Shown here: piece after piece, positions 53,294 to 61,507 of the stretch
How the letters are laid out: each line of letters opens with the position of its first letter
Numbering within the stretch: position 1 is the stretch's first letter
Source: an uncultured Gammaproteobacteria bacterium
GTDB taxonomy: Bacteria; Patescibacteriota; Patescibacteriia; Patescibacteriales; UBA12465
DNA: 64,000 bases
NCBI GenBank assembly: GCA_964470695.1
Contig: CAYYDR010000002.1
Location: 200,401 to 264,400, forward strand
Reading direction: 5' to 3'
The notes under the pieces: generated by a model
Told to the model about the DNA's origin: nothing
Seen by the model: only the letters and a program-made list of their open reading frames with translations
Databases searched by the model: none
Position numbers and translations under genes: made by a program

Positions 53294-54823
53294 TTAAACT
53301 TTTTCTTCTTCTAGATGGACATGGATTTTATGTCCTTTTTTTGTTAACTTTTCCGCGCCGATTTTAGATATTCCCTTATCATACTTATTAAAGATAATTA
53401 CTTCCATAATATTTCTTTCTTCCTTAAGAAATTTGATTGCTATTTTGGAGATATTGATAGTATGGTTAAGCTCTTTTAAAATAGCGAGAATTTCTTCGTC
53501 ATTCTTGGAGGCCAGGATCTTGGTTAACGGTTCCATCCAGTAATCACTATTAGCGTGATAGCCAACTTTTTTAATAATTTCCATAATACAGTTTTCGCTG
53601 TGTATGAATTTTATTAGAATTTGGCCAACATTTTGAATGAAGTCCGCTTTTTTTAGCAATGAGAATATTTCTTCCTCTTTTTTTTCTTCCAGCTTTAAAG
53701 CGGATAGAAAAACTTCGCAGGCCTTAGCTCGGTAGCTTATTTTTTTAAGTAGGTTCATAACCTCGTCACCAGATTTCTTATCTAAATTAAGATAAGGCGC
53801 GCAGGTAACACAGGCCGTATCGCTGAATTTATCCCGAAGAATAATGTCTATTAATTCTTCTTCGGTTTTGTTAATTAGGTCAAGACGACCAATTGCTAGC
53901 TCAGTGATATTTTTATTGCTATGCCCCTTTTCCCAAATAAAATAAATATTGCTTTCCAGCTTTAATCTTTTAATAGCCGAGGAGCAAACCTTTTCAGCAT
54001 AATTAGTCTGCTTGGCTATAGCTAGAATTAAATCCTCATTTTCTAGCTGTTCTATGGCCGCCTCGCACACCAGATAATTGTAATTTGTAGCCATTACTAG
54101 CCACATAATATTACCAACATCTTTGGTAGTGTAAATTACTTCCTGACAGAAATAAGGGTTGTATTCCAAGTTTTTAATCATTTCGGCTATTTCCGGCCAG
54201 GGCCGCTGTCTTAAGCATAGTTTTTGGTAGCAGATTTGGCGGGTTATAGCTTCCTCCTCTAGGCTGCTATCGCTGGATTTTTCAATTACTGTTAAAAGAT
54301 GTTCCGGTAGTTTAAGATAGGGGGTAATGGCTGGTTTAGCTAGCCAGTTGAAGTTTAGCTGTTCTAGTAGTTTCCAGAGTTCATCTTCGGTCTTATCTTT
54401 TAGCTTGATGAACGGCCAGCAGGCCTGGTAAACTTCCGAACGGTGGGATTTCGCCATGAATCTTATTATTTCTTCTTCCTTAAAGATACTAAAGTCAAGC
54501 ACTTTAGCGGCCGGAATAGCGATTGACCAGTGATAATTTGTCTTTTCTAGTAGAATAAGGACAGCTGATTTAGAATGAATAGATAGATCCAAATATTCGC
54601 CAGCTGGTCTAAAAATTGTTTCTTGATATTTTGTTTTTTCAATCAAGTCCCAAAATTCTCCGTCACCCCAGCCGAGAGTTTTTAGAAGTTTAATTCCTTT
54701 TTGACAGGCAGTATTATCATAACTGCTGTCTGTCATAATTTTTACTATTGTCTCCGGTACATTAGTTACCGCTAGTAGCTGTAATGCTAAATCTGTTTCT
54801 AGTGTTTTTGTTTCCATTTTCAC
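53294..54823 (-). CDS. 509-aa all-helical tandem-repeat protein of unknown function
   Basis: There are about 12 degenerate ~38-aa units of pattern (E/D)E(I/L)..LL.K..Y......AI..LKLE (for example EEIFSLLKKADFIQNVGQILIKF and EEILAILKELNHTINISKIAIKFLKEE). Confidence 0.6.
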   Translation of the reverse strand: MKMETKTLETDLALQLLAVTNVPETIVKIMTDSSYDNTACQKGIKLLKTLGWGDGEFWDLIEKTKYQETIFRPAGEYLDLSIHSKSAVLILLEKTNYHWSIAIPAAKVLDFSIFKEEEIIRFMAKSHRSEVYQACWPFIKLKDKTEDELWKLLEQLNFNWLAKPAITPYLKLPEHLLTVIEKSSDSSLEEEAITRQICYQKLCLRQRPWPEIAEMIKNLEYNPYFCQEVIYTTKDVGNIMWLVMATNYNYLVCEAAIEQLENEDLILAIAKQTNYAEKVCSSAIKRLKLESNIYFIWEKGHSNKNITELAIGRLDLINKTEEELIDIILRDKFSDTACVTCAPYLNLDKKSGDEVMNLLKKISYRAKACEVFLSALKLEEKKEEEIFSLLKKADFIQNVGQILIKFIHSENCIMEIIKKVGYHANSDYWMEPLTKILASKNDEEILAILKELNHTINISKIAIKFLKEERNIMEVIIFNKYDKGISKIGAEKLTKKGHKIHVHLEEEKV

Positions 54824-54965
54824 GCTCTCCCGAGTTTAGTTGTCATTAAGGTTTATTTTATTTTCCAGACGTGTTTAAATAGTTTTTAAATAACAAATAA
54901 CCCTCTAATTTAGCATTTTTAATCTTATTTTGTCAATAAAATAGAGTTTATGCTAAAATATAGCT

Positions 54966-55634
54966 ATGAATAAAAATTATCAATATCTCGGGACTATCAG
55001 CGTCTTTTTTGTCGCTGTGCTGCTTATTTCTAATATTGCTTCGTCTAAGATAGTCGGCCTTGGCTGGCTGACTTTTGATGCTGGAACTTTATTATTTCCT
55101 TTTAGCTATATCTTTGGCGACATTTTAACCGAAGTGTATGGCTATAAACAATCCCGCCGCGTTATTTGGCTCGGTTTTAGCGCCGCCCTTTTAATGTCGC
55201 TAGTTTTAATTGTAGTGGGCTATTTGCCGCCGGCCGCGGATTGGAATAACCAGGATGCTTATAATAAGATCTTAGGCCTAACGCCGCGTTTAGTATTGGC
55301 TAGTTTAGTCGCTTATTTAGTGGGCGAATTTGCTAATTCTTTTATATTAGCTAAGTTGAAAATTAAGACCCAGGGCCGCTGGCTATGGACGCGCACTATC
55401 GGCTCCACTTTAGTCGGAGAATTATTAGATAGCGTCATTTTTGTGGTTCTGGCTTTTGGCGGTATTTTAGCTACGCCGCTGCTTGTTACCGTTATTATTT
55501 CTAATTATGTTTTTAAGACGGCAGTAGAAGTTATTTTTACTCCCTTAACTTATCGTTTCGTTAAATTTCTTAAAACAAGAGAAGGGGAAGATTATTATGA
55601 TAATGAGACTAACTTTAACCCTTTAAAGTTCTAA
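54966..55634 (+). CDS. yhhQ: Queuosine-precursor transporter (YhhQ/DUF165, VUT family)
   Basis: LLFPFSYIFGDILTEVYGY and GEFANSFILAK blocks, with 6 TM helices. Confidence 0.8.
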   Translation: MNKNYQYLGTISVFFVAVLLISNIASSKIVGLGWLTFDAGTLLFPFSYIFGDILTEVYGYKQSRRVIWLGFSAALLMSLVLIVVGYLPPAADWNNQDAYNKILGLTPRLVLASLVAYLVGEFANSFILAKLKIKTQGRWLWTRTIGSTLVGELLDSVIFVVLAFGGILATPLLVTVIISNYVFKTAVEVIFTPLTYRFVKFLKTREGEDYYDNETNFNPLKF

Positions 55635-55638
55635 GCTT

Positions 55639-56199
55639 ATGCCTAATGTTTTTATCTTTCATGGCACCGAAGGATATCCAGAAGAGAACTGGTTCCCTTG
55701 GCTTAAGAAAGAGTTAGAAGAAAGAGGCTGCCGGGTCTTTGTGCCGCAGTTTCCTTCGCCGCCCGGCGTCGCCGCTTCAGTAGCGGAGTGGTTTGCTGTC
55801 CTTAAAGATTATGAAAAGGATATTAATGAAGAAACTATTCTTATCGGCCATAGTTTAGGCGGCGTTTTTACTCTTCGCTTATTAGAAAAATTAACCCAGA
55901 ATGTTAAAGCAGTTTGTTTGACTGGGACGCCGGTTGGGATACGGCCGCTTTTTAATTATGATCGCGATGATAGTTTCAGCGGCTTTTCTTTTAATTGGCC
56001 GGTGATTAAAAGCCGATCAAAAAATTTTATTGTTTTTCACTCTGATAACGACCCTTATGTTTCTTTGGGAAATGGCGAGGCCCTAGCTAAAGAGCTGGGC
56101 GTAGAATTATCTTTTATTCCTAACGCCGGTCATTTTAACGCCAAGGCTGGTTATTTTAAATTCCCCGAATTATTAAAAAAGTTAGACCAGATATTATAA
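55639..56199 (+). CDS. Alpha/beta serine hydrolase (YdeN/RBBP9-like)
   Basis: GHSLGG nucleophile elbow, FHSDNDPYV, and a late GH. Confidence 0.65.
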   Translation: MPNVFIFHGTEGYPEENWFPWLKKELEERGCRVFVPQFPSPPGVAASVAEWFAVLKDYEKDINEETILIGHSLGGVFTLRLLEKLTQNVKAVCLTGTPVGIRPLFNYDRDDSFSGFSFNWPVIKSRSKNFIVFHSDNDPYVSLGNGEALAKELGVELSFIPNAGHFNAKAGYFKFPELLKKLDQIL

Positions 56200-56214
56200 C
56201 TGGTCAGAAATTTT

Positions 56215-56868
56215 ATGCTGAATAATAAAAAACACACCAAGCTAAAACCGCAGATATTTTTTGTCCACGGCGGAATGACTTTTTATAATAAGAAAAACTA
56301 TTTTCATTATTTAAAAACTAGAGAGATTTCTTTGGTTAAAAAAGTTTCCTGGACCGGGGAATACTTCCATAAAAAACTAGGCCGAGATTGTGACATTATT
56401 CAACCGCGCTTTCCTTTGGAAGATGACGCTAAATATGCTGATTGGAAAATATATTTTACCAGATTTTTTCCTTATTTGCGCGATGGAGTTATTCTTATCG
56501 GCTCGTCGCTAGGCGGAATATTCTTAGCGCGATATTTATCGGAAAATAGATTTCCCAAAAAGATCCGCTCAGTTTATCTGGTGTGTTCGCCTTTTGATAA
56601 ATCCGGACTTTTAGAAGATTTGGGCGGCGGCTTCCGCTTAAAATCCGATTTGTCGTTAATAACTAAAAATTGTCCCCGCGTTACTTTTTTATTTTCCCAA
56701 AACGATGATGTTGTTCCAGCCGCTCACGCCGGTAAATATGCTAAAAAATTACCCCAGGCGCGAGTAATAGTCTATCCGCATATCAAAGGACATTTTAGGA
56801 TTAGCGAGTTTCCCGAAATCATTAAAATGATTAGGGAAGACTTAAAAAATAAATATGCTAAAAAATAA
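56215..56868 (+). CDS. Alpha/beta serine hydrolase (YdeN/RBBP9-like paralog)
   Basis: GSSLGG, SQNDDVVP, and a late GH. Confidence 0.6.
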   Translation: MLNNKKHTKLKPQIFFVHGGMTFYNKKNYFHYLKTREISLVKKVSWTGEYFHKKLGRDCDIIQPRFPLEDDAKYADWKIYFTRFFPYLRDGVILIGSSLGGIFLARYLSENRFPKKIRSVYLVCSPFDKSGLLEDLGGGFRLKSDLSLITKNCPRVTFLFSQNDDVVPAAHAGKYAKKLPQARVIVYPHIKGHFRISEFPEIIKMIREDLKNKYAKK

Positions 56869-58327
56869 AACCCCATTTTTTACCGCCCGCTTAAAAGAAG
56901 TTTATTATATTCAGAGCTTAAGCGCCCGGCCGCTCTTTCTTAATTCCTCGGCTGTGAGCGGTTTTAGTATGCGTAAATATTTAGGTTATAACTATCACCA
57001 TTTTTTGATTAATTATAATAATGATTACGGCCAGGGCTGCTACCTCTTGAAAGATTTTGGCCGGCTGTGGTTAACGATAAAGAAAAAGATGGTTAAGGAT
57101 AATAACTATTTAGAGCAGGTTAATCGCGAATACTGGCGGACGCTAAAGAAATATAATTCTTATTATCAAGCTATTAGCCAAGAAGATTTATCATCTTGGC
57201 CAGAAGCCCGCCTTTTAGAATATTTTAGAGTTTTAGTTCAAGCTCAGATTGATGTGGTCGGCGTTTCTCATATTATTGAGGTTATTGGTTTAAAAATTGA
57301 AGACGAATTCCGGCGGCAATTGCTAAAAGAACTGAAGGGGCATGACCAGGCTAATTTTAATTATCTTTTTCAAGCTTTATTAATCCCGACTAAGCCGTCT
57401 TTCGTTGTTCAGGAAGAGAGAGCTTGGCAAAAATTATTAGCTAAGAGGGCCAGCGGAATAGCGTTAACTAAATTATTATCCGTTCATCTCCAGAAATATT
57501 TTTGGCTGCAAAATAGTTACGCCGGACCCCAGCCATTAACTCTGAAACAGTTAGAAGTCCGTTACCGTCTTGATAGGCGAGAAAATCGGCCGGCTAATTT
57601 AGTTGCTAATCAGGCGGTTATTAAGGAAAGATTAATGAGTAAATATAATTTTTCCGTCCAGTTGAGAAAAACTATTAATGTTATTGACTATACTGCTGCC
57701 TGGCAGGACGAACGTAAAGCGGTTATTTTTAAAAACATCGGCTACCTCGGTTTAGTGTCGGAAGAAATAGCGCGGCGCTTAAAAATAAAACCGGAGCTGA
57801 TATATTATTTAAGCGACAGTGAAGCCTTAAAGCTGAAAACATTTTTTGATTTAAAGACTTGGCTGCCCGAATTAAAGAAGCGAGTATCTGGCGTGCTTTT
57901 CTTTATGAATCCCCAGGGAGAAAGCTTTATTAGCGGGGAAGAATATAAAAAACTAGACCCGCATCAGACTCTGGTAAAATCTTTCGGTGCCGATCAGGCG
58001 GGCCGGGAATTGCGTGGCACTATCGCTAATGCCGGTCCGGCCTTAGTGGGACCAGTGAGAATACTCAAAAGCTTAGCGGATATTAAGAAGGTAGAGCCGG
58101 GGGATATTCTAGTCGCCTCTATGACTAGGCCGGAATTTATGTCAGCTATTCGTAAAGCAGCCGCGATTATTACCGATGAGGGCGGAATTACCTGCCACGC
58201 CGCGATTATTGCCCGAGAGTTGAATATCCCGGCCATCATTGGCACTAAGGTCGCGACTAAGATACTGCGTGATGGATGCCTGGTGGAAATTAAAGCCAAT
58301 CATGGATTAGTGCGAATATTAAAGTAG
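56855..58327 (+). CDS. PEP-utilising-enzyme mobile-domain protein (PpsA/PPDK-related swivel domain at the C-terminus)
   Basis: ILVASMTRPEFMSAIRKAAAIITDEGGITCHAAIIARELNIPAIIGT (phospho-His loop). It overlaps the upstream gene by 14 nt. Confidence 0.7.
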   Translation: MLKNKTPFFTARLKEVYYIQSLSARPLFLNSSAVSGFSMRKYLGYNYHHFLINYNNDYGQGCYLLKDFGRLWLTIKKKMVKDNNYLEQVNREYWRTLKKYNSYYQAISQEDLSSWPEARLLEYFRVLVQAQIDVVGVSHIIEVIGLKIEDEFRRQLLKELKGHDQANFNYLFQALLIPTKPSFVVQEERAWQKLLAKRASGIALTKLLSVHLQKYFWLQNSYAGPQPLTLKQLEVRYRLDRRENRPANLVANQAVIKERLMSKYNFSVQLRKTINVIDYTAAWQDERKAVIFKNIGYLGLVSEEIARRLKIKPELIYYLSDSEALKLKTFFDLKTWLPELKKRVSGVLFFMNPQGESFISGEEYKKLDPHQTLVKSFGADQAGRELRGTIANAGPALVGPVRILKSLADIKKVEPGDILVASMTRPEFMSAIRKAAAIITDEGGITCHAAIIARELNIPAIIGTKVATKILRDGCLVEIKANHGLVRILK

Positions 58328-58416
58328 AACCGGCTCCACGATTATTGCCCTTAAAATATGGGGCTCAAGATGCTATAATATAAGTATTAATATTTTAAAT
58401 AATTAATTTAAAACTT

Positions 58417-59319
58417 ATGAAAAAAATTATTTATTCATTAGCGCTAATTGCGTTTTTGGTTTCTATAGCTGCCTTATCAGCGGCCCGAGCCGAAGACTCT
58501 TCTGAAGATGTCATTAAAACTGATGCCACGGTAACCAGTTTCATGCCAAAGTTGAATGATCAGGACGGAAAAAAATTAGAGAAAATACCAGCTCCAGCCC
58601 AAATTTATCTTTATGAGAAAATTGAAAAAATGGGCACCGCTCTCTGGGGGGTTAGAAAGGATATGGTCCAGATTAAAAATAAGATAGAAAACAAGATAGA
58701 AAATAAGCTGGAAAATAAAATAGAGAATAAAATAGAAAACAAGATGCCGGCCCACGATAGATTGCTTGATGGCACTTTAGATACCAGTAAACTAGAAAAG
58801 ATTGTTAGCCCGGACCAGATTAAGATGTACGATAAAATTAAGAAAGTCGGAACCGCGCTCTGGGGAATCAAAAAGGATATTGGCGGCATGGTTAATCCTA
58901 AGCCAGCTATCATTACTGCCGAAAATTCGGCTTGCGTTATCAGTGCTATTGATGTGAAAGATAAAGCTCTGCAGGAAAAAGTCGGTGTAGCAGCGGAAAG
59001 TTTAAGGGCGGCTATTGGCTTGCGCAGTACCTGCCAGCAGCAGGCCGTTAAATCAACCGAAAGACAGAGAGAATATTTAGATGCTTGCGTCAAAGCTTTT
59101 AGAGAGGAGCATAAGAAAATTAATGAGACCGCCAGAAAAGCTCAGAATGATATTTGGGGAGTCTATAAGACTAGTCTGAAGTCTTGCCACCCAGTTGTTG
59201 CTACGACTACTTCAGCCACGGTTAGCACTGAGTCAGTTAAGGTTGAGCAGGGCGTTATCATGATTGAAGATGGCAGTGAAAATATTACCGATACTGTTTT
59301 GAAAATAAATCAAGAATAA
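58417..59319 (+). CDS. Secreted protein with internal duplication and (NKIE)n repeat
   Basis: Signal peptide ...AALSAARA/ED. The duplicated block is LEKI..P.QI..Y.KI.K.GTALWG..KD. The low-complexity stretch is KIENKIENKLENKIENKIENK. Confidence 0.6.
   Translation: MKKIIYSLALIAFLVSIAALSAARAEDSSEDVIKTDATVTSFMPKLNDQDGKKLEKIPAPAQIYLYEKIEKMGTALWGVRKDMVQIKNKIENKIENKLENKIENKIENKMPAHDRLLDGTLDTSKLEKIVSPDQIKMYDKIKKVGTALWGIKKDIGGMVNPKPAIITAENSACVISAIDVKDKALQEKVGVAAESLRAAIGLRSTCQQQAVKSTERQREYLDACVKAFREEHKKINETARKAQNDIWGVYKTSLKSCHPVVATTTSATVSTESVKVEQGVIMIEDGSENITDTVLKINQE
58678..58743 (+). repeat. 12-bp-period tandem repeat (about 5.5 units) encoding NKIE
   Basis: aataagatagaa/aacaagatagaa/aataagctggaa/aataaaatagag/aataaaatagaa/aacaag. 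Confidence 0.85.
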
Positions 59320-59341
59320 CTAGCTTTAGTTTGTTTCCCTA

Positions 59342-59372
59342 AAGCCCCGGCGTCTTTAGCGCCGGGGCTTTT
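59342..59372 (+). terminator. Intrinsic terminator
   Basis: AAGCCCCGGCG-7 nt loop-CGCCGGGGCTT followed by TT. Confidence 0.8.
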
Positions 59373-59418
59373 ACTTGATTTATTGTTTGGTTTTATGTTA
59401 GAGTTTATTTTGTAAATT

Positions 59419-59505
59419 GGAGAGGTGCCAGAGTGGTTTAATGGAACAGTCTTGAAAACTGTCGTCGATGAAAGTCGACCCAGGGTTCGAATCCCTGCCT
59501 CTCCG
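59419..59505 (+). tRNA. tRNA-Ser (anticodon TGA at 59453-59455), no CCA encoded
   Basis: Acceptor GGAGAGG/CCTCTCC, anticodon arm ACAGT-CTTGAAA-ACTGT, long variable arm CGTCGA-tgaaag-TCGACC, and T arm CAGGG-TTCGAAT-CCCTG. Confidence 0.9.
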
Positions 59506-59511
59506 CAGATT
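59499..59511 (+). repeat. 13-bp direct repeat (att, tRNA-proximal) ctctccgcagatt
   Basis: Identical to 63437-63449. Confidence 0.8.
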
Positions 59512-59534
59512 GTCAATATCGTTATCAACAGAAC

Positions 59535-59586
59535 AATTAGCTAGGGTTTCAAAGGGTTCTTTGAAGTTAATCTTAGCTAATTTTTT
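59535..59586 (+). terminator. Compound hairpin + T6 (current tRNA-Ser(UGA) terminator, island-derived)
   Basis: AATTAGCTA / TAGCTAATT enclose the inner hairpin TTCAAA-gggttc-TTTGAA, followed by T6. Confidence 0.45.
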
Positions 59587-59604
59587 GTTGGCTATTTCAG
59601 TGTT

Positions 59605-60984
59605 CTAAAGTATCTCATTAAGCATTTTTCTTTTATCGTCTAAACTGATTTTGAAAAATGCTTTTTTCATTGATTTAGGGGCTAAAAAGAAATTTCTGGT
59701 GAGTTCCAAATCTTTTTCTGTTAAGACTACTTCCTGCTCGCTTTCCAGTTTTTTGAGGGCTTCGTTAAATTCCTTTATCTCATTTTTTATTGCTGCCTCT
59801 TTGGCCTCGTAATCCCCCTGGCTGATCGTTTTATCCAGCCGCAGGTTAAATAGCTCGTCTTTCCTATTTTCTCGTTTCCTAATCTCGTTTAAGAGGTTAT
59901 TTTTGGCCTCCAGGTATTCTCGTTTGTCTGGATTGTGGTTAATGAGTAGCTCTCGGCTATTGTGGTACATACGCTCTACTAAGCCCTCGTCAATGACTAG
60001 GTTATCAAACACTCCTCCTAACGTTTTAATGGCTTCCTCCTCTTTGAGATAATGATTATGCTCGCTACAGCCGCCCCGGCCATTGGTGCAGTAGTAATAG
60101 ACGTATCGGCCTTTCTTTCGGCTAGCTGTCAGCAGGCAGCCGCATTTGGCACAGGTCATGAGTCCCCGGAAGTGAAAATATGGTCGTTTCTTTTTGGGGT
60201 GCTGTTTAAGATTCATTACCGCTTGGCACTCGTTAAATAGTTGTTTAGATATAATCGTTTCATGTTTGCCTGGATATTCTTTGCCGTGAAATTGCATGAG
60301 GCCACAATAGAAAGAATCATTAATTAGTTTATAGATCTTGCTCTTGTGATATTTAACATTGCCCCTACTTCTAAATCCCTCCTCATACATCTGATTAGCT
60401 AATTCTTTCATGGTATAATTGCCAGTCGCATATAGTTTAAATATCTTCTTGATATACTTCGCCCTAACTTTATCAATTTTAATTCCACCTTTCCCGTCAT
60501 TGAGATAGCCGATAGGAGCAAAGTTTGGCCATAACCCCTTTTCAATTTTAGTTTGTATTCCTCGTTTAACATTTTTTGATAAGTCCAAAATATATTGATT
60601 AGCCATTGAGCCCTCGATATTGAGCAAGAGAACATTATCACTGGGCAGATATTGCCTATCGCTCGTTTGGATAGCCTTAATATGCCCCTGTTGGAGCAAC
60701 CATTGAATTTTTCCGCTATCTATTGGATTACGAGACAACCTATCTATCTTCCAACAGATAATTCCGTAGTCTTCGGAGCTATTATTTTCTAATAGCTTAA
60801 CCATTTCTAAAAAAAGCGGTCTATTGTTTGGCAACTTAGCCGATTTGCTCTCGGTGTAGGTTAAAGCAATGTCTAGCCCCAGATTAGAAGCCAGTTTATT
60901 CATTTCTATCACTTGGCTTTCCAGAGATAGGATTTGTTTGCTCTTGTCCTCGGAGGACTTGCGAGCATAGAGGATGTATTTCAT
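59605..60984 (-). CDS. Large serine recombinase
   Basis: MKYILYARKSSEDKSKQILSLESQ (catalytic Ser), DRLSRN, Zn ribbon CAKCGC...YYYCTNGRGGC, and a C-terminal coiled coil. Confidence 0.88.
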   Translation of the reverse strand: MKYILYARKSSEDKSKQILSLESQVIEMNKLASNLGLDIALTYTESKSAKLPNNRPLFLEMVKLLENNSSEDYGIICWKIDRLSRNPIDSGKIQWLLQQGHIKAIQTSDRQYLPSDNVLLLNIEGSMANQYILDLSKNVKRGIQTKIEKGLWPNFAPIGYLNDGKGGIKIDKVRAKYIKKIFKLYATGNYTMKELANQMYEEGFRSRGNVKYHKSKIYKLINDSFYCGLMQFHGKEYPGKHETIISKQLFNECQAVMNLKQHPKKKRPYFHFRGLMTCAKCGCLLTASRKKGRYVYYYCTNGRGGCSEHNHYLKEEEAIKTLGGVFDNLVIDEGLVERMYHNSRELLINHNPDKREYLEAKNNLLNEIRKRENRKDELFNLRLDKTISQGDYEAKEAAIKNEIKEFNEALKKLESEQEVVLTEKDLELTRNFFLAPKSMKKAFFKISLDDKRKMLNEIL

Positions 60985-61020
60985 ATAGTTTTAGCTAAAT
61001 AGCTTTAAGGTGAATTATGG

Positions 61021-61216
61021 TGACGGCCCTTTGTGTGCGTATAGTCAAGTTAATATATATCTAGGGAAGGGCCGTCAGGATCGGCCGCGTTTTCCTTTTT
61101 TCGGCTCCCCCAAGGGGATGCCGCCAAAAAAAGGAAAAAACTGCGGCGGCCGGTCTGCCGTCCCCATTACTCTAACACACCGCTATTCCCGAAAGTTACG
61201 GGTAAAATTTAGGGGA
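61021..61216. other. GC-rich multi-hairpin element between the recombinase and the CHAT gene (candidate ncRNA or recombination/regulatory structure)
   Basis: Helix A is TGACGGCCCTT 61021-31 / AAGGGCCGTCA 61067-77. A ~79-nt rod (61078-61156) is built from GGATCGGCCGC/GCGGCCGGTCT, GTTTTCCTTTTTT/AAAAAAAGGAAAAAAC and CGGCtCCCC-caa-GGGGatGCCG. The helix TCCCC 61161-65 / GGGGA 61212-16 encloses CCCG-7 nt-CGGG. Confidence 0.4.
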
Positions 61217-61269
61217 ATTTTCTATCAAAAAGGCCAATTATTTCTATGTTTTTAGGGTAGCAGGTTAAA

Positions 61270-61397
61270 GTTCTGAAAAGTTCTGGTACCATTTTTCAGA
61301 ACAAGTCATATCTATTGTTTTTATTGAACTTTTTAATTAATGTTTTCAGAATAGCATAGGAGCATTTGGAAAAGTTTGGTCAAAGATTTGGTCAAAG
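61270..61397. promoter_or_regulatory. Iteron-like repeats upstream of the CHAT gene
   Basis: GTTCTGAAAA 61270-79 / TTTTCAGAAC 61293-302 form an inverted repeat, with an extra direct GTTCTG at 61280-85. The tandem TTTGGTCAAAG occurs at 61375-85 and 61387-97. Confidence 0.4.
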
Positions 61398-61507
61398 TTT
61401 ATATGATTAGTTTATGCAAAGGCACTAGAATATCATTTATAGAATGTATTTTTTAGATTTGCTGATTCTGTATTTTTATGGTATTTCTATAGAGTAGATG
61501 CATTATT

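Noticed and set aside
54824-54965. A preQ1 riboswitch upstream of yhhQ, as expected from known yhhQ/queT regulation. ACCCTCTAATTTAGC at ~54899 superficially resembles the preQ1-I 3' tail.
   Set aside because: There is no complementary AGAGG 5' strand to form P1. The best promoter (TTGTCA-18-TAAAAT, 54929-54958) leaves only a ~10-nt leader.
58678-58743. A possible CRISPR-like or other regularly spaced repeat.
   Set aside because: It is a 12-bp in-frame coding repeat with no spacers. No CRISPR array or cas gene is present anywhere in the window.
39950-61216. A bridge-RNA-like hypothesis: that the structured regions upstream of the two recombinases carry loops complementary to their att cores.
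   Set aside because: I looked for the att cores (cgaatccctcactctccgc; ctctccgcagatt) or their complements in 39914-40232 and 60985-61260. I found only a 6-nt match (CTGCGG at 61141-46), and it lies inside a stem. That is not enough to support guide function, so I keep these regions only as unexplained structures.
61010-61255. An 81-aa ORF upstream of the island-2 recombinase.
   Set aside because: It coincides exactly with the GC-rich nested hairpins. It has no SD sequence, and its Pro/Gly/Arg-rich composition is atypical for this genome. It is more likely an RNA/DNA structure.
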